The translations under genes were made by a program, and so were the position numbers. From Chthoniobacteraceae bacterium (GTDB lineage: Bacteria; Verrucomicrobiota; Verrucomicrobiia; Chthoniobacterales; Chthoniobacteraceae): 11,675 nucleotides of DNA. Shown in pieces: positions 1-6,538 of this stretch; within the stretch, counting starts at the first letter, position 1; each line of letters starts with the position of its first letter. Where the stretch lies: assembly GCA_040081625.1 (NCBI GenBank), contig JBEBGD010000143.1, positions 1 to 11,675 on the forward strand. Reading direction: 5' to 3'. The notes below the pieces were generated by a model. The model searched no databases and was not told the DNA's origin. It was given only the letters and a program-made list of their open reading frames with translations.

Positions 1-708
1 CGGCTTCACGCTCACCGTGATGGACGGCACCAACTACACGCGCACCGGCAACGCGATCACTCCAGCACTCGACTTCAACGGCACGCTCACCGTGCCCGTG
101 AAAGTGAGCGACGGCGCGGCGGACAGCAACGTCTTGAACCTCAGTGTCAGCGTCACGGCCGTGAACGACCCGCCGGTGATCACCGGGCAGAACTCGATCT
201 CGACGCTCCCGGACACCGCGCGGACCATCGTCCCCGGCGATCTGCTCGTGAGCGATGTGGATAACAGCTACCCGACCGGCTTCACGCTCACCGTGATGGA
301 CGGGGCGAACTACACGCGCACCGGTAACATGATCACGCCCGCGAGCGGCTTCACCGGCAATCTCTCCGTGCCCGCAAAGGTCAACGACGGCGCGGCGGAC
401 AGCAACGTCGTCAACCTCGTCGTCCACGTCGGCGCGCCGAACACTCCGCCGAGCATCACCGGGCAGAACACCGTCTTCACGCCGCAGGAAACGGCGCGCA
501 CGATCGTCTTCGCCGACCTGCTCGTCACCGATCCCGACGACACGTATCCGACCGGCTTCACGCTCACCGTGCTTGCGGGCACGAACTACACCTTCGCCGG
601 CAACGCGGTCACGCCCGACGTGGGCTTCACCGGCGCGCTGACCGTGCCAGTGAAAGTGAACGACGGCACGAACGACAGCAACGTCTTCAACCTCACCGTC
701 ACCGTCAC
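1..708 (+). repeat. Intragenic tandem repeat, 276-bp (92-aa) period, about 2.5 copies visible
   Basis: CGGCTTCACGCTCACCGTG recurs at 1, 277 and 553. The protein units GFTLTV...TPxxxFxGxLxVPxKVxDG...SNV align without gaps. Confidence 0.95.
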
Positions 709-2218
709 GCCACCGAGCACCGATCCGGTGAAGACGGTCGTTTACGTCACCGGCGATCCCGTGCCCGGCGAGCCCGCGGGCACGGTCTTCAAGACCTTCG
801 GCCCGCCGCAACTCGACGGGAGCACGCTCTGCTTCCTCGCGACGATCGTGCCCACCGGCGCGAAGCCGCTGGGAGCGATCATCAGCGGTGCTTCGCCCGC
901 CGTCCTTTGTCGCGTGGGCGGTCCCGCGCCCGACTTGAACGGCGCGACGTTCTCGAAACTTCTCGATCCCGTCGCCGCGGGCGGAAAGGTCGCCTTCATC
1001 GGCGCGGCGAAAGTCCGCACCGGCACGCCAGCCGTGACGCCCGCGAACGACACGGGCATCTGGGCGGACAACTTCGGCCCGCTCGCGCTGGTCGCACGCG
1101 AAGGCGATGGGGCGCCGGACGCCGGCACCGCCGTGTTCAAGTCGTTCTCCGCGCTCGCCAATCATCCCAACGCCATCGTCTTTGTCGCCAAACTCCGCGG
1201 CGGCGGCGTCACCGCGGCGACCGACACCGGCGTGTGGCGGGCGACGAGCGGCGGCGTGTCGCTGCTCGTGCGCGAGGGCGATCCGCTCACCGTCGATGGC
1301 GGTGCGCCGCGCATCGTGAAGACGATCGTGGCCTTCTCGAAAGTGAGCGGCTCAGGCGACCACAATCGCTGGCTCGATTCGACCGGCGCTTTCCACTACG
1401 TCGTCACTTTCACCGACGGCAGCAGTGCCGCCTTCACCGCTCCACTGGCCGGCGCGGCGACGCTCGATCTGCTCAGCAACGCTCCCGCCACCGCACCCGC
1501 CGGCGCGAGCATCAAGAAGTTCGGAGTCCCCGCCGCGAACGGCTCGGGCGCCGCGCTGCTCGGCACGCTGACCATCGGCTCCGGCGGCGTCTTGAGCACG
1601 AACGACACGGGCATCTTCACCGGCGACAGCGGGACCGGTTTCAGCGCCGTATTCCGCGAGGGCGATCCCGTGGCCAGCGCAGACGGCGCGACCTTCCTCA
1701 AATTCAAAGACCCCGCGTCCATCGGCGCGAATGCCACGACCTTCAACGCGTCGCTCAAGATCCGCAGCGGCACGCCCGCCGCGACGCCAAAGAACGACAC
1801 CGGGCTGTGGACCAGCACCGGCAGCACGCTCTCGCTACTCGCACGGGAAAGCGGCGCCGCGCCCGAAACCGGCGGCGCGAAATTCCTCGCCATCACCGGC
1901 TTTGAAGTGAAACCCACCGCGACGCCCATCCGCGCCAACGCTTTCACCGCAACGCTCGCTCGCGGCGGCGGCGTGAAGGCAACGAACAGGGTCGGCCTGT
2001 GGGCTGCCGACAAAACGGGCGCCGTCCGTCTCCTCGCGCGCACCGGCGATCCGCTGACGACCCTCCCCGCTTCGCCGAAGATCAAGACGATCCTCGCGTT
2101 CACTCCCGCCAAGGGCTCGCCCGGCGCAGGCCGCGCAGTCAACGCGACCGGCGGAGTCACCTTCCGTGCGAGCCTCGGCACCGCCGGTCAGGCCATCGTC
2201 GTCGTGCAGATGCCGTAG
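1..2218 (+). CDS. Large repeat-containing surface/extracellular protein, 5'-truncated: tandem ~92-aa Ig/cadherin-like repeats followed by a duplicated beta-rich repeat domain (NDTG[IVL]W...[LV]xREGD units, NxxGxxAF/choice-of-anchor-like)
   Basis: The frame is open from position 2 (GFTLTVMDG...), so the start lies upstream of the window. Cadherin/Big-like motifs are present (VTAVNDPPVI, DLLVSDVD, VKVNDG). Five NDTG-W/REGD-type units follow ~725. Stop TAG at 2216-2218. Confidence 0.85.
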   Translation, partial: GFTLTVMDGTNYTRTGNAITPALDFNGTLTVPVKVSDGAADSNVLNLSVSVTAVNDPPVITGQNSISTLPDTARTIVPGDLLVSDVDNSYPTGFTLTVMDGANYTRTGNMITPASGFTGNLSVPAKVNDGAADSNVVNLVVHVGAPNTPPSITGQNTVFTPQETARTIVFADLLVTDPDDTYPTGFTLTVLAGTNYTFAGNAVTPDVGFTGALTVPVKVNDGTNDSNVFNLTVTVTPPSTDPVKTVVYVTGDPVPGEPAGTVFKTFGPPQLDGSTLCFLATIVPTGAKPLGAIISGASPAVLCRVGGPAPDLNGATFSKLLDPVAAGGKVAFIGAAKVRTGTPAVTPANDTGIWADNFGPLALVAREGDGAPDAGTAVFKSFSALANHPNAIVFVAKLRGGGVTAATDTGVWRATSGGVSLLVREGDPLTVDGGAPRIVKTIVAFSKVSGSGDHNRWLDSTGAFHYVVTFTDGSSAAFTAPLAGAATLDLLSNAPATAPAGASIKKFGVPAANGSGAALLGTLTIGSGGVLSTNDTGIFTGDSGTGFSAVFREGDPVASADGATFLKFKDPASIGANATTFNASLKIRSGTPAATPKNDTGLWTSTGSTLSLLARESGAAPETGGAKFLAITGFEVKPTATPIRANAFTATLARGGGVKATNRVGLWAADKTGAVRLLARTGDPLTTLPASPKIKTILAFTPAKGSPGAGRAVNATGGVTFRASLGTAGQAIVVVQMP

Positions 2219-2228
2219 AAGACCGCCG

Positions 2229-2256
2229 TTGCGGGACGCGGATCGCCCGCTACGGT
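2229..2256 (+). promoter_or_regulatory. Putative sigma70-type promoter for ychF (TTGCGG-16 nt-TACGGT)
   Basis: TTG-containing -35 at 2229-2234 and TAnnnT -10 at 2251-2256, 10 nt before the ATG. No SD. Motif match only. Confidence 0.35.
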
Positions 2257-2266
2257 CCGCGCCCTT

Positions 2267-3388
2267 ATGCTTTCAGCCGGAATCGTCGGCCTGCCCAACG
2301 TCGGAAAATCCACCCTCTTCAACGCCGTCACCCGCACCCGCAAGGCGCAGGCGGCGAACTACCCGTTTTGCACGATCGACCCGAACGTCGGCGTGGTGAC
2401 CGTGCCCGACCCGCGGCTCGCGGTGCTCAGCAAACTCTCGAACTCGAAGAAGCTCGTGCCGGCGGCGATCGAGTTCGTCGATATCGCCGGGCTGGTCGCC
2501 GGTGCGAGCGCGGGCGAAGGGCTCGGCAATCAATTCCTCAGCCACATCCGCGAGGTCCATGCGATCGTGCAAGTCGTGCGCTGTTTCGAGGACTCGGACA
2601 TTCATCACGTCAGCGGCACGGTCGATCCGGTGCGCGACATCGAGGTCATCAATACCGAGCTGGTCCTCGCCGATCTCGCCGGCACCGAGAAGCGGAGGGA
2701 TCGCGTGACCAAAGGGGCGCGCTCCGGCGACAAGACCGCGAAGGCCGAACATGCGCTGTGCGAGAAGCTGCTCCCGCATCTCGACGCCGGCAAACCCGCG
2801 CTGACGATGGAACTCTCCGACGAGGAGAAGAAGCTGATGAAGGAGTTCTTCCTCCTCTCATCGAAGCCGACGATCTTCGCGTGCAACGTGAGCGAGTCCG
2901 ACCTCGGCGCGCTGGCAAAGGGTGAGCCGTGCGACGCGGCGAAGTTCGTGCAGGCGGTGAAGGACTACGCGGCCGCGCATTTCGCGACCGAAGCCGTCGT
3001 AATCAGCGCGCAGATCGAGAGCGAGCTGGTGGACTTGAGCGAAGCGGAGGCGACCGAGTATCTGCGCGGGCTCGGCGTCGAGAGCAGCGGCGTGAACGAG
3101 TTGATCCGCGGCGTGTATCACCTGCTCGGCCTGCGCACCTACCTCACGACCGGCGAGCAGGAGACGCGCGCGTGGACGATTCACGCCGGCGACAAGGCGC
3201 CCGCGGCGGCCGGAGTCATCCACACCGATTTCGAGCGCGGCTTCATCGCCGCCGAGACAATCGCCTTCGACGACCTCGTCGCGCTCGGCTCGAACGCGAA
3301 GGCGCGCGAAGTCGGCAAGCTGCGGATCGAGGGCAAGGAATACGTCGTGAAGGACGGCGACGTGATGGAGTTCCGCTTCAACGTGTGA
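2267..3388 (+). CDS. ychF: Redox-regulated ribosome-binding ATPase YchF (Obg family), 373 aa
   Basis: [16 protein letters not shown] (G1), [35 protein letters not shown] (NxxE G4), TGS-domain [14 protein letters not shown] and the C-terminal [18 protein letters not shown]. Confidence 0.98.
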   Translation: MLSAGIVGLPNVGKSTLFNAVTRTRKAQAANYPFCTIDPNVGVVTVPDPRLAVLSKLSNSKKLVPAAIEFVDIAGLVAGASAGEGLGNQFLSHIREVHAIVQVVRCFEDSDIHHVSGTVDPVRDIEVINTELVLADLAGTEKRRDRVTKGARSGDKTAKAEHALCEKLLPHLDAGKPALTMELSDEEKKLMKEFFLLSSKPTIFACNVSESDLGALAKGEPCDAAKFVQAVKDYAAAHFATEAVVISAQIESELVDLSEAEATEYLRGLGVESSGVNELIRGVYHLLGLRTYLTTGEQETRAWTIHAGDKAPAAAGVIHTDFERGFIAAETIAFDDLVALGSNAKAREVGKLRIEGKEYVVKDGDVMEFRFNV

Positions 3389-3546
3389 GCGACGAAAACA
3401 AAATCGAAGCGGAGAAGGAGCCGGCGCCGTCTCCCGATTCCGTCTGCCCCGTTTGCGGCGGACCGCTCATCTCGGAGAAGTGCAAGGTCGTCTGCCGCAG
3501 CGAGCGCTGCCGCTACCGCATCGTCTTCAACTGCGCGGAGTTTTAG
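3385..3546 (+). CDS. 53-aa Cys-rich zinc-ribbon microprotein (CPxCG type)
   Basis: The GTG start overlaps the ychF stop (GTGA at 3385-3388). Sequence [53 protein letters not shown]. It fills the gap to the convergent sulfatase stop and has GC3-rich codons. It is the 3' end of track ORF 2929..3546. Confidence 0.75.
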   Translation: MSDENKIEAEKEPAPSPDSVCPVCGGPLISEKCKVVCRSERCRYRIVFNCAEF

Positions 3547-3552
3547 CCGCGC

Positions 3553-5013
3553 TCACTTCTTCACCGAACCGCCGTAGTAGGGATACTCGTCCCACCGGTC
3601 GTAGGCCGGATCGACGCGCGGGTCATCGGTGTCGCGCATCCACTGGTCGAGGCGCGCGCGCAGTGCATCCTTCGCGGCGCGATGCTCCGGCTTGCCGGCG
3701 ACGTTGACGAGCTGCTCGGGATCGGCGCGCAGGTCGTAGAGTTCCTCGGCGGGACGCTTCGCGAAATTCAGCTCGTAAAAGCGCCGCACCGCAGGCTCGT
3801 CGCGATGCGCGAGGATGTAGTCCTTCGCGAGCGATTGATCGACATCGCCATAAGGACCGACGGCGAACCACACATCAGGATCGCCCGCCGGCCAGCGATC
3901 GGGGCGCAGGTTGCGAAGGTAGAGATGATCGCGGGTGCGGATCGCACGCATCGGGTAGCTGAGATTCCCCGCGCGCACATTCGCGTGGCGCTCGCGCTCG
4001 AGAAAGACAGCGTCGCGCGGCGCGGGATCGTGCTCGCCGCGCAGGAGCGGCGCGAAGCTGCGCCCCGTCATCACCTGCGGAATGAGCCGCCCGCCCACGT
4101 CGAGAAAGGTCGGCGCGAAATCCGTAAGGCTGATGAACTGGTCGAACACCTGTCGCGGTTGCACCACGCCGGGCCAGCGGATCGCGAGCGGCACATGCGT
4201 GCCGGTGTCGTAGCAATTCGCCAGGCCGCGCGGCATCTGCCAGCCGTTGTCGCCGGTGTAAACGACGAGCGTCGAGTCCGAGACGCCCTGCGCGCCGAGA
4301 AGCGCGAGCGCCTTGCCCGCGAGCGCGTCGAGCCGCTCGACCGATGCGTAATATTCGAGCAGCGCCGTGCGCACCTCGGGCACGTCGGGCATATTCCCCG
4401 GCACTTGCACGGTCTCCGCGCGCAATCCGCGCCGCGCCGCCTCGCCTGCGTGCCACGTGTGCCGAGCGGGCAGCGTGATGCCGAGCCAGAAGAAGAATGG
4501 CCGCCGTTTATCGCGCTCCTCCATGAACTCGCCAAACCCTCGAATCATCTGCTCGTCCAGCTCTCGGGGCGTCGTCGCCTTTCCCTTGGCGCGAACGCGC
4601 GGCCACTCGGTCCCGACGGGATTCATCTCGCCCTCGGGTCGTCCCGGCGACCAGCCTTTCGCGCAATAACCCGTCTCGTATCCCGCCGTGCGCAGCGCCT
4701 CGGTGAAGACCGTAAACTTCTTCGGAAAGCCGCTCCACAAGCTCGCCGCGTCCTCGAGTTGATGCGCGACGCGGCCCGTGAGCAGGCACGAGCGCGTCGG
4801 CGAGCACGACGGCACCGGGCAGAATGCATTGCGGAAAAGCGCACCTTCACTCGCGAGTCGGTCGAACACCGGCGTGCGCACGGTCTTGTCGCCGAGCACT
4901 CCGGCGTGCGGCGACGACCAGTTGTCCGCGAGGATGAGCAGGATGTTCGGACGCTCGGCTGCGAAGCCGCCCGCCACGATCGTGAAAACCAGCAGCAGTG
5001 CGCGCAGACTCAC
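3553..5013 (-). CDS. Secreted formylglycine-type sulfatase-family hydrolase (sulfamidase/S1_8-like), 486 aa
   Basis: GTG start at 5013 overlaps the upstream stop (GTGA). Signal peptide (SLRALLLVFTIVAGGFAA), then RPNILLILAD, CSPTRSCLLTG (CxPxR), GDNG, PLAIRWP and EELYDLRADP. The track ORF start at 5151 runs into the upstream gene. Confidence 0.9.
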   Translation of the reverse strand: MSLRALLLVFTIVAGGFAAERPNILLILADNWSSPHAGVLGDKTVRTPVFDRLASEGALFRNAFCPVPSCSPTRSCLLTGRVAHQLEDAASLWSGFPKKFTVFTEALRTAGYETGYCAKGWSPGRPEGEMNPVGTEWPRVRAKGKATTPRELDEQMIRGFGEFMEERDKRRPFFFWLGITLPARHTWHAGEAARRGLRAETVQVPGNMPDVPEVRTALLEYYASVERLDALAGKALALLGAQGVSDSTLVVYTGDNGWQMPRGLANCYDTGTHVPLAIRWPGVVQPRQVFDQFISLTDFAPTFLDVGGRLIPQVMTGRSFAPLLRGEHDPAPRDAVFLERERHANVRAGNLSYPMRAIRTRDHLYLRNLRPDRWPAGDPDVWFAVGPYGDVDQSLAKDYILAHRDEPAVRRFYELNFAKRPAEELYDLRADPEQLVNVAGKPEHRAAKDALRARLDQWMRDTDDPRVDPAYDRWDEYPYYGGSVKK

Positions 5014-5801
5014 GCGCGACCGTTCGCCGCGAGCGCTGCCGCGGCCTTCGCCTTCGCTTCCTCGGCCCGCCGCGCGATCTCCTCGGGTGCCGGGAGCGAC
5101 ATGAGCACCTCGGCGGGGATGTCGCCGGATTGCGCGAGTTTGACGAGGCACTTCTGCCGTTCCGACAGCGCCTTGTCCGAGTCGCGCTCCTTGCTGAAGC
5201 GGCTCTGCGCCTTCTCGCTGCGCAGGCGAAGCATCTCATACACGTCGCCGCCGAGCAGCGCGCTGATATCGACCTTCATCTTCTCGCGGTTGAGGTCCGA
5301 CTCGCTCACGAGGTCGCCGTTGATCGGGCCGCTCTTGTATTTCGGAAACATGATCGCCGCCTCCGGGCAGACGCGCGAGCACGCGGGGCAGTTGGTTTTG
5401 CAGTTGTCCTGGTTTTGCACCTGGATGCGCGAGTCGGCATCGACGCCATAGACGCCGAACAGGCAGAAGCTCAGGCACTGCATGCAGTTCGTGCAGCGGT
5501 CGTAGTCGATGACCGGGAACCACGGCTTCCACGCGCCGTGCGTGGCGGCGTCGAGTTCTCCGCGCGCGGCATCGGCGAGATCGGCGACCTGCATCGCGCT
5601 AAGGCCGCTGATGTCCCGCGCTCCGCCACGCGCGAACGTGACGGTGCGATCGTTCGCTTCCGCCGGCGAAGAGCTGCGCGCGACGGTGTAGCCGCGTTCG
5701 AGCAGCGCGGTGAGCGTCGCGAAGCGATCCTCCGGCGGGAGCGGTTCGGCGTCTTCGCCTTCGTAGAGATGGACGTGGAGTGCAGTCGCGGTGAGGGCCA
5801 T
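5010..5801 (-). CDS. 2x[4Fe-4S] ferredoxin-domain protein with N-terminal extension and helical C-terminal tail, 263 aa
   Basis: PVIDYDRCTNCMQCLSFC (CxxCxxCxxxC) and CKTNCPACSRVCPEAAI (CxxxCxxCxxxCP) dicluster motifs. ATG lies 3 nt after the upstream stop. Confidence 0.9.
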   Translation of the reverse strand: MALTATALHVHLYEGEDAEPLPPEDRFATLTALLERGYTVARSSSPAEANDRTVTFARGGARDISGLSAMQVADLADAARGELDAATHGAWKPWFPVIDYDRCTNCMQCLSFCLFGVYGVDADSRIQVQNQDNCKTNCPACSRVCPEAAIMFPKYKSGPINGDLVSESDLNREKMKVDISALLGGDVYEMLRLRSEKAQSRFSKERDSDKALSERQKCLVKLAQSGDIPAEVLMSLPAPEEIARRAEEAKAKAAAALAANGRA

Positions 5802-5804
5802 GGG

Positions 5805-6194
5805 TCAGGCGGGTGTGGGGATCTGGATCGTTTCTTTTCCGGTGGGAATATTCGGCTGCATGTCGGGCGCGAGAGCGCGCGTGACGACATCGTCGGCGGT
5901 CTCGGTGCGCATGTTCAGCACCTCGGTAGCGTCGGCGGTGAGATCGGCGGCGGCTTGATGAAAGAGCCCCTTCACGGCACGGGGAAAACACGCGGCGATC
6001 TTCAGCGCGCCGCAGCCGCTCAGCCGCGCGAGCGCCGGGTCTATGCGCGCAGCCATCTCGCACAAGTCGGCGACGGCCTCGAACTCGACGCCGCTCTCAC
6101 ACAGCCGGCGCAGCACGGCTTCTTTCACGTCGCGCGGGACGACCTGCGCATACTGGCAGTGGCAGTAGAGAATTTTCGGCGGGGCTTCGCTCAT
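5805..6194 (-). CDS. Cys-rich putative Fe-S protein resembling the N-terminal domain of heterodisulfide reductase HdrA, 129 aa
   Basis: The pattern YCHC...DLC...IAACFPR...EVLNMR parallels the HdrA N-terminal pattern (CxC...C...AACxPR...VNIRE). The family assignment is by eye. Confidence 0.75.
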   Translation of the reverse strand: MSEAPPKILYCHCQYAQVVPRDVKEAVLRRLCESGVEFEAVADLCEMAARIDPALARLSGCGALKIAACFPRAVKGLFHQAAADLTADATEVLNMRTETADDVVTRALAPDMQPNIPTGKETIQIPTPA

Positions 6195-6208
6195 GGAGTC
6201 GGGGCGGG

Positions 6209-6236
6209 ACGCTAGGAGGTGTTCGGAAACTTACAA
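6209..6236 (-). promoter_or_regulatory. Putative sigma70-type promoter for the Fe-S pair/sulfatase operon (TTGTAA-16 nt-TAGCGT)
   Basis: Minus-strand -35 TTGTAA (6236-6231) and -10 TAGCGT (6214-6209), 14 nt upstream of the ATG at 6194, in a locally AT-richer patch. Confidence 0.45.
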
Positions 6237-6313
6237 CTACCCGTCATTCCGAGGAAGCGACCAGGCAGGGGTGCCATTTCGTGCGGGACGAACCGGCGAA
6301 CGTCCGCGTATCC

Positions 6314-6519
6314 CTCGCGTAGCGAGCCGAGCGAGTCGCTCGCGTAGCGAGCCAATGATCGTAGCCGTGGGCTTCAGCCCACGGCCCTCGCACACCGCGA
6401 TGCGTCGCGTAGCGACGGCTGAATGCCTTGCCTCAACCGTCTCTACGCGACGCGATGATGTTGCGGACGGGACCGTGGGCTGAAGCCCACGGCTACGATC
6501 ACGAGGTCGCTCCGCGACC
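6314..6519. repeat. REPIN-like composite palindromic element (GTAG-family REP doublet), copy 1
   Basis: Perfect 29-bp inverted repeat 6356-6384/6473-6501 containing GTAG+CCGTGGGC-TTCA-GCCCACGG. Inner inverted repeat 6402-6422/6433-6453 (19/21). Outer hairpins at 6338-6352 and 6505-6519. Extra hairpin copy at 6314-6328. Confidence 0.9.
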
Positions 6520-6538
6520 GCAGAGCCGGCGAATGACT

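Noticed and set aside
5014..5151. Extended N-termini from the ORF track (sulfatase 5151, SprT 7441, ABC ATPase 10527, microprotein 2929)
   Set aside because: They overlap neighbouring real genes. The internal starts at 5013, 7111, 10752 and 3385 fit signal peptides, domain starts and stop/start overlaps.
5805..5807. Selenocysteine recoding of the UGA between the Fe-S genes
   Set aside because: The UGA is not at a Cys-equivalent position, no convincing downstream SECIS hairpin is visible, and an ATG follows two codons later.
3682..6215. Plus-strand ORFs 3682..5451 (589 aa) and 4998..6215 (405 aa)
   Set aside because: They are antisense shadows of the sulfatase and Fe-S genes with no recognisable motifs.
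6338..6519. CRISPR-like appearance (constant palindromic repeats with variable spacers)
   Set aside because: The units are inverted rather than direct, the spacers are only 8-20 nt, the copies are dispersed and no cas genes are present. It fits REP/REPIN.
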